47,153 nt of DNA from positions 106,376,183 through 106,423,335 of the forward strand of contig NC_068986.1 in NCBI RefSeq assembly GCF_001194135.2, read 5' to 3'. Below the pieces are notes generated by a model, which was not told where the DNA came from, ran no database searches, and saw nothing but the letters and a program-made list of their open reading frames with translations. The stretch is from Octopus bimaculoides (lineage: Eukaryota). Position numbers and translations under genes: made by a program. Of this stretch, positions 36,660 to 47,153 are shown piece after piece (positions within the stretch are counted from its first letter, which is position 1; the number at the start of each line of letters is the position of its first letter).

Positions 36660-38388
36660 TTATAAATTAGCGCTTGCATCTATTCTTGTAGATTCTGCAT
36701 ATTCTGTGGATAATGGTGTGTGGTGTGGGTGCTGAGAAGTGGTCAGTGCTAGTGTGTGTAGAGTTGGAAGGTTTTGTGGGAAGGTGTTGTGGAGTGTGTG
36801 TAATGGTGTGTGAAGTGACAGATGAGTTAAACAGTGTGTATGGGTATTTGTACAGTAATGTATGTGTGGTGAGGTTACCAAGGTAGGCAGCATGCAGATG
36901 TGTAGGTTGAGGGGGGCAGTTAAATGTGGAAAGTGTGTGGGACACCATGTGGGGGTGGCGTCATATAATGTGAGGAGGTGAGTTGAGCCCATATAGCACA
37001 AAGAAGCAGAGAGAGCAGATTAGCCCTTGTTCACGCGAAGGCGGAATCCGGATGGCTCTTTGGTGAGACTGTCCGAACACCGACAGATGTTCTAGTAAAT
37101 GACAGGCAGAACAGAAGTGGCTCGATCCCGGGGTGTCATTACCAAGTCTGATAGCTCGAAGGTGCTCCGCGAGCCGGGCAGACAAGTGGCTTCCCATTTG
37201 ACCGATGTAGAGGGAAGGAAAGAAAGAGCAGAAGTTACAATAAATAACATTACTAGAAGCACAAGTAAAGGAATTGATGACGGTGATGGGTGTCTGTGAG
37301 GATGGTGGTGTTGGAGTGGTAGGGGCAGATGCAACAGCCTGGGTGAGAACAAGGGTAGGAGCCAGGATGGAAAGCCGAGGTAGCGAATGTGGACCAGGTG
37401 GTCACGCAGGTTATGAGCTCTTTCGGGTTAGAAAAGATGTGCGAGGGGAACTGGAATCGCCGGAAGGCTCGGAGAATGGTACATTGAAGCAATAGGTGAG
37501 GGGTGGTAGTGAGGAGAAACAGGGGGCGGGCAAGGTTGGTGCGGGTGTGAGGAGAAAGAGCAGAGGCACGGTCCACAGACGGTGCCAGGTCAAATGCAGT
37601 GTAAATAATTGAGGAGATATCCACATAGGACGAAGTGGCGAGCCATCATATGAGACTGTTTCAAAGTCATGGTCGTCACTGCAGGAATTGAGACTAGGGG
37701 ACAAAGAGCTTGGTGTGTGTAGGGTGCGAAGAAGAGAAGTTAATGTAAGAGTATGAGTCAGTGTGTTTGTAGTGGATGGAGGTAGTGAGAGCGGAGTGGT
37801 GTATGCTGACAGAAATTCTAGAAATTCGAGAGAAGAGTTAGAGATGGTGCAGTAGAATTCGAGGTCAGGAGGGAAGGAGATGAAGGACAAAGGAAACGAA
37901 GGAGTCCAGTAATTCGCGTCGCTATAACGACCGTATAGCTCGGGAGTTGGACCACTGAATTGTGAGAATATTTGGGTCTCAAACAGTTAAACAAACGGAG
38001 AGCCATGATTGGTGTCGTGGATGTGTGAGGGGAGGGGAACCACTAGGAGCAAGGACACAGCGGGGCATTTTGGTGAGCATATCAGTGGGGAAGTTGCAGG
38101 CGGAGACGATGGGGCGGCTAAGGTTATTGGGCTTCCGAATTTTTGGAAGGAAGTAGATACTGGGGATGCGTGGGGTACGGACAGTGAGATTGGGGGCTGT
38201 GGGAGGGATACGGGAGAATAACATTGAGGTCATGAATAGTAGTGGGCAGTCTGTTGGAAGTTAGGCTTGGGGTTGGACGATATAGAGAATTAGAAGGTGT
38301 CTTCCACTAGACGGACAGCTTCAGAAATCTAAAGGCTTGCGCTCCACATCACTACAGCCCCACCCTTGTCGGCCGGTTTTATGACAAT
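36660..38388 (-). mobile_element. Decayed Penelope-like retroelement (RT plus GIY-YIG endonuclease) running into an assembly gap
   Basis: IVIKPADKGGAVVMW; RIPSIYFLPKIRKP..RPIVSAC; CSDDHDFET; VDRASALSP; FTCASSNVIYC...LYIGQMGSHLSARLAEHLRAIR...EQGLICSL...GLNS. Confidence 0.9.
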
Positions 38389-38522
38389 NNNNNNNNNNNN
38401 NNNNNNNNNNNNNNNNNNNNNNNNNNNNNNNNNNNNNNNNNNNNNNNNNNNNNNNNNNNNNNNNNNNNNNNNNNNNNNNNNNNNNNNNNNNNNNNNNNNN
38501 NNNNNNNNNNNNNNNNNNNNNN

Positions 38523-38557
<35 letters not shown>

Positions 38558-39286
38558 TAAGAATTATGATATAAATATATACACGCGTATATGTACATAT
38601 ATACATATACGTAGAAACGTGTGTGTATGTGTGTGTTTATTTGTGTCTACCTTTATGCGTGGATGTAAGAACATATGTTGTTACATTTATATCTATTTAA
38701 ATTCTTGCTCGCGGAATTCAAGATGAATTCCAATGATAAGGCTTCTTTGTCTGACTCAAAACAGTTTCAGGTATTTGTCAATATGTAAGTGTAACTTAAC
38801 GTGTCAAAATATTAGACTGTTTCTTTACGTACGTTTCAGTGCTGGTAGCTATCTATGTCTGTGTAAACATGTTTGCACCCATCTAATGGATGTAAAGGAC
38901 TCTTTAGTAAACAAGTGCATCCTCCTTCTGTATTTAAATATGTTAATTTACGTATGTAAATATATGTGGTACATATTGAATGGAGTGTACCTGCCAAGAC
39001 TTATAGAGTTAAATAAAGATTCTTTCGAATGTGTTGCAATTACTTTAACTTAGGAGAGGATATGAGTATGTGTGTATGTATTTATGTATGTAAGCATGTA
39101 TCTAGGTATGTATATACATATATCTATGTACACACACACACATACACGCACATAAAGGCACCAACGTTCACACACACGCACACAGAGTGTAGTGTTTTGA
39201 TGTGATCAACAGAAAAGTTACTCCGACCAGTGAGGGATAAATATCATTTAATATACGCATTATATACATAGATATATATATGCACT

Positions 39287-39325
<39 letters not shown>

Positions 39326-39349
39326 CAGTGTGTGTATAAGTATATATAG

Positions 39350-39383
39350 TAGTAATAATGATAATATTAATAGTAGTAGTAAC

Positions 39384-39432
<49 letters not shown>

Positions 39433-39496
39433 AAGCGTAGTGTTTAAGAGCGCGGGCTGCTAACCCCAAGATTCCGAGTTCGATTCCAACTAGTGA

Positions 39497-39585
<89 letters not shown>
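39350..39585. repeat. (TAG)n and (AAT)n trinucleotide tracts flanking a tRNA-like insert
   Basis: Direct runs. Confidence 0.95.
39432..39500 (+). mobile_element. ~70-bp tRNA(Ser-GCT)-like retroposed head, not a functional tRNA
   Basis: A-box-like tagtgtttaagagc, anticodon arm ggg-ctGCTaa-ccc, B-box gagttcgattcc; no acceptor stem. Confidence 0.6.
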
Positions 39586-39586
<1 letters not shown>

Positions 39587-40118
39587 ATGTATATATACAT
39601 GTATTATTATTACATATATACATACATAGATAGATACGTACATATATACTTATGGATACTTAGATGTATAGATAAGTTTCGGCCAGTAATGACCCTGGAC
39701 GTGGCTAATTTAATAGCAAATCTTGGACAAGTTATTAAATGATGCCTCACTTTAGTCATTTATTGGGCACCATATACTTTCGAATAAAACTTGATTCCAA
39801 AGATATAATCGTGTGTAGATGGTTTATCTGGAAGGGTTGAAATGTAAATGAAACCTTTTTCTTCCTTTATATCTTTGGATTGAATAGAGTAGCTAGTTGA
39901 ACGAGCTCTGTTGTTAGTGTGATTAATAGGAAAAAAACTCCATCCAGTGAGAGATAAATATAATTTAATATACACATGGTATATGTCTGTATGTATGTAT
40001 GTGTGTGTATGTATGTATGGATGTGTATATATACCTCTCTCTTCTATATATATATGCATATATATATATATATGTGTGTGTGTGTATTTACACACACACA
40101 CACACNNNNNNNNNNATA

Positions 40119-40153
<35 letters not shown>

Positions 40154-40165
40154 GTGTGTGTGTGT

Positions 40166-40198
<33 letters not shown>

Positions 40199-40319
40199 AG
40201 CAAGCACATACTTACAAAACGAGATAAAAATCATAATACTCGCATAACAAATGTAGAATAAGATAATCTATAACGCATTAAAAGTGAAGTTCAATCATGC
40301 TTGCTTGCAGTGTCACACG

Positions 40320-40520
40320 GCCAAAGGCGTGCATAATGAGAAAATACTTTGAAAAGAAAAGTGCCCCTCAAATGTGAATAGGAATGGAATAAGACAAGTT
40401 TCCCGTAAATCGGACCAGTAGTTATTGAGATATTCGGAATTTTTGTGGAGTTCAAATACCCAAACGGTGCATAATGGGAAAATACACCGAAAATAATTTA
40501 ACCCAGGAAAGGAAGAAACT
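40320..40520 (+). repeat. Possible Helitron/DINE-like non-autonomous repeat fragment
   Basis: gtgcataatg(a/g)gaaaatac is repeated ~137 bp apart around aaatcggaccagtagttattgagat. The classification comes from recalled motif resemblance only. Confidence 0.3.
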
Positions 40521-42458
40521 TTAACTTTTCCGTTAGACACATTATGATGGACGAAGTATTTTTAAATGTAAATGACTTTAAAAATACGGTAAATATTTCG
40601 TAAAAAGCCCCGTTTGTAACCTCGGTGTGAAATAGTTTTTTTCCATTGGTTTCTTTCGAGTGCGTTCAACGTATTTCACCACCAAAGATTTGGCTGCTAT
40701 TTCTAGAATGCCCTGCTGCTACGTAACCACTATTTGTGATAAAGGACCCGAAATACCAGTTATGTGGTTACAGTGTGTGCAAGAAATAGCAACTACATCT
40801 TTTCGTTTCTGGAGAACGGTATCGTTTACGAGTGAATTCGATGTGACATTCGTTGAAAGCATGCGAAATAACATGGTAAAGAAAAAAAAAACCACGAAAC
40901 AAAACTCCGTTGCTGGGAAACTCAGAGACTACACCTGTGATCCAACGCGTCAGCGGTAGTCTAGTATTTTATTAAAACCGAAAAGAAATTCCTCAAAATG
41001 CTGGTAAATTTCAGATAACTATTCATGAGACAGTAAAAAAATGAGACTAGTAAAAAAATTGTATACACTCACACGCTCGCGTGCGTGAGTATGTGCGTTT
41101 GAAAATACATACATCATGGTCTGTATGTCTTTATTCTACAAAACTTAACTGTAGTATCTTTCGAGTGTTTTACTAACATTTACTGTTTCAGAAACTCTAT
41201 GAACTTCATTGGGAGAGACAGTAGTTCACCTTGTCCTTTCTTAACAAAACGCAGCATTTTCAAATGCATGTTGTTAAATAGATCCGTGTGCGTATAATAA
41301 GTGGCCAATGAAACATTTATAACTAGTATGATAGAAATCTATAACTTTCGCAGCTGCTCATTGAAAACTTTTTATGTCTGTGATATCCGTTCAGTAACAG
41401 ATCTATTCTACAAAAAATGTGCTTTATTTCTTGTCTCAGAAAATTAACAGGCCTGTAGTGCCTGCATCATATAGCTAGGTTTTTTTTTTCGCGATGTTCC
41501 GCCACTATTTATTTTATTTATAAAAATGTCGATACATTCTGGTTGGAGTAATTTTGTTTGGTAGTCAGAACAAGCCTTATGATGGATCGTGGTATAAGTG
41601 CTTTTGGCAATAATGTCATGTCTCATGGGAGAATTTTATAATAGTGCTGTGGTTTAACCATAAGTCCACCCTGATGGAAGGTAGTTTAATCGTAACGGTC
41701 ATGTCTGTTTGCTTTAGAAATGGGATCCAAATATCACATTATCGAAAATGTCTTTTGATAAGAAAATAACTTAAATTTGAGAAAGATTTGACTGGTATTA
41801 CTTGCCACGTAAAACGTCCCTAATTAGATTATGGTACTTTCACGCGCAACTATTGTTGATGTGGTCGATGTTCTCATTACTACTATGGCATACTCGTATT
41901 CTGTATATCCACCAACATCTGAATTTCTCACAGCTTGGTGGTTTGGAAACAAGTGTCTTCGTTTGTTTATTAGTTATTCTTACATAGCGAAGGCATATCC
42001 TCGAATGTAATGTATCTATCATATATTTAGAAGAGGCTATTCTTTTTTACAATATTATTCTCTAGTTTGTTGTCACCTACAAGATATGTACGCATGCTTT
42101 ACTGTCTACTGATATCGTGTTCGTCTCTTTCGTGGTTTTTTTACAAGTTGGTCGTCATATTCCCTTTAGGTCTTATAAAATTTGATGCATTCTCTGAATA
42201 TCTAGCCAGTATTTCATGAACAACCTTCAAGATGCTTTTACTGTTTTATATACAAGCAATGTGCTCATTTTCCCCTTGCGGGATTTAAAGCTATTTCTAT
42301 TGATCTTAATATTCTGTGTATCCACCAACATCTGAATTAAATTCTGTCAATGTTACTGCTGGTGCGAAAAGTTACTATCTTCCGCGTCCTGATACCTAAA
42401 TTATAGCTCATATGAAGCGTCTAGTGTTGTATTCTAAATATGAACATTAGTGCTAGTA

Positions 42459-42675
42459 AGGGTGGTGAGCTAGCAGAATCTTTAGAATAACTGGTCAAAT
42501 GTTTAGTGAAATTTCATTTTGTCGCTATGTTCTGCTTTCAAATTCTACCGAGATTGATTTTGCCCTCCACCCTTTCAGGGTCGATAAAATAGGTATCAGT
42601 TGAGCACTGGAGTCGATGTAATGGACTTATCCACTTTCCGAAATTGCTAGCATTGAGTCAAAATCTGAAATCAAT
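42459..42675 (+). mobile_element. SINE family A with a 13-bp TSD
   Basis: attagtgctagta at 42446-42458 and 42676-42688 flanks the head and the cctttcagggtcgataaaatagg core. Confidence 0.85.
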
Positions 42676-42884
42676 ATTAGTGCTAGTACTGCAAAAACAT
42701 TATGGGATATGGCCTTATTAAATGTGGGCAGGTCAGGCCTTCTTATCCTCCGAAATATACGGAAGGTTTTCCTTTGTCAATCAAGTTTCAAACACAACAC
42801 CACCACATGCAATATTATCCTCAATTGCAAGATAGTTGCATTTACGTTGTTGGAGACTTGGGAGGTAAGCAGGCCATTCGAATC

Positions 42885-44168
42885 CGTGAAAGATGCAAAC
42901 AATTTGAAACAGACCTCACAGAAATATTTGAAGCAAATTTCACTATTCGTATCAACAAATCACGAAATAAAATTACGACTATGGTACAAATTAAGAGAAA
43001 ACCCTACAAACGTGATATTATCAGTGATGGATCAACTGAATGCGGATCATAAGTTAAAGTTGTGAGTGCTTTGACCTTGAATTAAATGATGATTTTTATT
43101 GCAATGATTATTTGGAGGTGAGCGATCAAAACAATACGCATGAACATTTTCAAACTAAGACAACACCCGATCATTGACTAATAAATTCATGGATCAGTGG
43201 CTGCAACATCGAGATAGACATTACAAATTGTATGAAAAACGCCAGCAGGTGACACACCGGGACATAACAAAAATAGCATTTAATTGCGGGCTGCGATCGC
43301 TAAGAAAATCTTTTGAATTAGACGATAAGACTAGACTGTACAACCACCGACCATGAATTAGCATTCAACTCACGAACTTCACAGCAAGTATTATTGGTAT
43401 TTTGTCCAATGTTTATTTTTCCATAAGCTAAATACTGACGACCCCGAGGGACAGTTAAATCTGGTCATAACATCCTCCGAGGTTATAGGTGTGTATTATC
43501 GTCAGGATTAATATTCGTAATTTGCAAGTCGATTGAGGAAAGGTGTTTGACTTCACAAGGAAAGATTCATATGACCTCTGTGAATTTTATGACCAGATTT
43601 ATCTGTCCATTGGCGTCGTCAGTATTCAGCTGATGGAAAAAAGATATTGTAGGAAATACCAATACTACAACTTACCAATCTCGTGTATTGAATGCAATTT
43701 TATGATTGATAGTTCTACAGTTTAGTCATTTCCTCCAATTGAAAAGATGTGTCTTACCGCTTGTAGCCCGTACTTAAAAAATGCTATTTTTGTTATATCT
43801 CTGTGTGTCGTCTGCTACCATTTTTCATACAATTTGTAATGTCTATCGCGATGTTGCAACAACTGATCCATGAATTTATTAGTCAATGATCGGGTGTTAT
43901 TTCTTAGTTTGAAAATGTTCTTCTTGTTTATTGTTTCGATCGCTCACCTCCAAATAATTATTGCAATGAAATTCAGTATTAAATTCAAGGCCAAAAGACT
44001 TAGAACTTTAACTTTTGATCCCTGTTCATTGATAATATCCTGCTCGTAGGTTTTTCTCTTAATTTGTGCCATAGTCGTTATTTTATTTCCAGATTTGTTG
44101 ATACGAATAGGGAAGTTCTCTTCAAGTATTTCTGTGAGCTCTTTTTCAAATTGCTTGCATCTTTCACG
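42885..44168. repeat. Large inverted repeat: arms 42885-43487 and 43570-44168, 82-bp spacer
   Basis: Collinear reverse-complement match along the full arms, e.g. gcaacatcg(a/c)gatagacattacaaattgtatgaaaaa. Roughly 75-80% identity by eye. Confidence 0.92.
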
Positions 44169-44548
44169 TTCATAAGCTGCTATTATGTTCCCGAGGAACT
44201 GAGTATTCATAACCCTCATTATTATTATTATATCTGTATTTTATCCCTTTTGGTAGTTGGCCTTGTTCATTACAATTTTCTCTTCGGCGGATTCTTTAAG
44301 ATCATTGCATACGATGGGTTTTTATTGATTTCCTTACATACAGTTAATTATTTCTCCACTATAAATATCTTTGGGATATTTTGCACCTGACAGCTCTTCA
44401 CTTTCTTCATGTTACCCATTGTGAAATCCTCCATAACCAAACGGAATATTTTACCGCAAAGTGTGGTAGTTCAGTTCAGATTTCTCTCACGCCAGGCTTA
44501 TGTAATAACCAACCACGTGTTGTATATCTCTTTAATATTGTCGCTTTG

Positions 44549-44745
44549 TAAGGCGCCGAGCTGGCAGAATTGTTACCAGATCGGGAAAAAGGATTAACGG
44601 CATTTCGTCCGTCGTAGCGTCGTCACTGTGGTCAACTGTACCTTTTTATCTTTTCGGAGTCGATAAAATAAGTAACATTTGAGTGCTTGGGTCGATGTAA
44701 TCGACTTATATCCTTCCCTGAATTTGATGGCCTTGTATCAAAATT
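44549..44745 (+). mobile_element. SINE family A
   Basis: aaggcgccgagctggcagaattgtta ... ttttcggagtcgataaaataagta ... gggtcgatgtaatcgactta. Confidence 0.75.
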
Positions 44746-45089
44746 TTGTTTCTGCTACGATCGTCTATAAGCTAGCTCATCTTTCTATCAATTTAAACAA
44801 TGGTGATCAGTTATTTTTCTTAAATTCAGAGCGATTACAAATTAGAGAAAAATATTGATTTTATGAAAGAACGAAAAGTACTTTATGCCGACGTAACTGA
44901 TATCAAAGTCACATATGTGTAAATAAGTATATATGTATAACTCTATGAATAAATATATGTTAAAGCTTCAATTATCTTAATAAAAAATATTTTAACTATT
45001 CTCTGTGCATTTTCAACTTCTGTTTCCTATATATCTACCCGTGTCGGTAGAAATATCTTTGTTTTATATATATACATACATACATACAT

Positions 45090-45139
<50 letters not shown>

Positions 45140-46304
45140 GTTTATAGGTATCTATGTAAGTATATACAATGTATATAATATATCTGAGTAGTTACGTGTG
45201 GATGCGAGCTTGTGTATATGCTCACTCATGCATATGATAGTTCATGCTGCGTGGGTGCGCGTGTGGATGAGTGTTACGTTAAGTACTTTTCATATGAAAT
45301 GTGTACAATATACTCTAAGACTTCTGTAATAAATTGTGAACCGTTGAGAATTCTATGTCAGTTTTATAATTGAGAATGATAAATTTGTTGTAATATGCTG
45401 CGCTGCATTTGATCTAATCCGTATTATTTCCAGCGGTCAATGAAAGTTATTTAGTTATATATTTAGGTATTCTGCCAACACATTATTCATTGTTAAGGAG
45501 ATCTGTATCTACTGACACGAGAAATCTGGTATATCATTTGTGAAACTTGCGAATCATGTGTGGCCTACAGAATTCATTCAATACTATTATTTATCTGGTC
45601 TACATATTAGTTGTCGTACTTAAAACTTTCCAGTGTTTATTTGCTTCATGGTGTCAATCAGGCGGAAGAGAATATGATTCAGATATTTGCGTGCTCTTTT
45701 GCCCTCAGTACGAAATATCGCTTGCTTTCTGTCATTGTGTAACTAAGATAATGTATACATACATACATACATACATACATACATACATACATACATACAT
45801 ACATGCATACATATATGTATTGAGAGAGAAAGTAGTGGTACAACAAGGCACCAATGTATACTGGAAATAGCAGTCGATAATTTTATAACGTTCGGTCCCG
45901 TTAACGGCTAAGCGTCCAGGCGAGTATACTGGCATTGATGTATCAACATTTAAAATATTGTCCAGGTAAGACTAATCAAATTTACGATAACAAACGTATT
46001 TGAAGAGTCCAAAACCTTGGTACTGGATTATCTGATTTTGGTTTGCCCATTTATCGAATGTTCTTCCTAGAAGTAAGACGAAATATTTTTTAATGTTCGC
46101 TGACCTCACACAATTTTGTCAGTGTATGCACAGTGAAGCGCCATAAATTTATCGACTACTCTTTCCAGTAAACATAGGTGCCTTGTTGTACCACTAATCT
46201 ATATTTATACTTCTACTTTTACGGTGTTTTATTTGACTAGAAAGTAATATATTTGTATTGCAATGTATATATATATTCCATTCCGGTCATTTCAAAATGT
46301 AACC

Positions 46305-46612
46305 ACATATGAATCGTTGGGGATATTCTTCCTCCCTCTTACCTTCTATTGGAATTTACTCTGTCTCCAAAGAAGAGCGTCTGCTCGAAACGTTAAACCA
46401 TCTGTCTTTCCTTCCCTCAGCGTCTGCTAATACTTTACATGTACCACGACCTCGCGTTGTAGTTTTTTGTGTTTGTTCTTTTTTGGATTTACTATATATC
46501 GTTTCTTTGTTTGTTTGTTTCTTGCGTTGTTCGAAAAAAGTTCGTTTTCTACGTTTTTGTCTTTTTATATTCTCGTTTCTCAATTTATCTAACTTTTTGA
46601 TGTCCCGAACCC
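46305..46612 (+). mobile_element. Putative Penelope-like terminus with a mutated hammerhead-like motif
   Basis: ccaaagaaGAGCgtctGCTCgaaacgtta (46367-46395) followed by a T-rich tail. Confidence 0.4.
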
Positions 46613-46751
46613 ATATATGCCTGTATATATACATATATATGTAGTTATGTACATATATGTATGTATATATGCATATATTTATATATTATTTATATTATCA
46701 TTATCATATGTATATCTATATATATATATATATATATCAAAGCCTAGATAT

Positions 46752-46960
46752 TTTTATTCTTTTATTTGTTTCAGTCGTTTGACTGCGGTCATGCTGGAGT
46801 ACCACTTAAAGTCGAACAAATCGAACCCAGGACTTATTCTCTGTAAGCCTAGTACATATCTTGTCGGTGTCTTTTGCCGAAACGCTAAGTTACGGGGATT
46901 TAAACACACCAACATTGGTTATCAAGTGATGGTGGGAAGGACAAGCACAGACACACGATC
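46752..46960 (-). mobile_element. 3' half of SINE family B
   Basis: tttgtttcagtcgtttgactgcggtcatgctggag...gctaagttacgggga...acacaccaacattgg. Confidence 0.8.
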
Positions 46961-47153
46961 ATATGCACATACACATCTATATATACATATATATACACAC
47001 ACACATACCCATATATAGTATATACATTTTATCGGATGAATGTATGTCCGTCCTTTAACTGGAAATTTTAATGTTTTCTTTCTCTTTCATTTCATAAATA
47101 TGAATGAATTTGTTGAAATGTGTTTCATAATTTAAGTCATATACTGATTATAT

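Noticed and set aside
39432-39500. Functional tRNA-Ser gene
   Set aside because: No acceptor stem and only a 3-bp anticodon stem; treated as a retroposed head.
40060-40200. Apparent tandem duplication either side of the 10-N gap
   Set aside because: Most likely overlapping contig ends in a low-complexity tract (assembly artefact).
43068-43125. CUB-like string FDLELNDDFYCNDYLEVSD
   Set aside because: Spacing is off, the flanking CUB motifs are absent, and it is in a different frame from the conserved upstream ORF.

Overview
AT-rich, microsatellite-dense animal genomic DNA from a gapped draft assembly. The repeat landscape (tRNA-derived SINEs with internal TG tracts, Penelope-like elements, maT/mariner and hAT relics) resembles what I recall of octopus/cephalopod genomes; this is an inference, not a database result. 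Most of the window is intronic or intergenic. It holds at least three SINE families (two copies with 13-bp target-site duplications) and a 5'-intact but 3'-truncated L1/Tx1-type LINE (CCHC gag ORF1 plus AP endonuclease). It also holds a decayed Penelope-like element (RT plus GIY-YIG), a CR1-type LINE tail, maT, mariner and hAT transposase relics, and a TTAA-flanked piggyBac-like MITE. A few short GT-AG-bounded open segments (best: 16547-16689 and 284-338) may be exons of an unidentified host gene. Most notable features: minimal hammerhead-ribozyme-like motifs in putative Penelope-type termini, a LINE 5' end joined to a SINE tRNA-like head, a ~600-bp-arm inverted repeat with coding-like conservation, a 346-bp unit present in tandem and inverted copies, and an internally inverted mariner. 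Most ORFs in the supplied track are microsatellite or N-gap artefacts.
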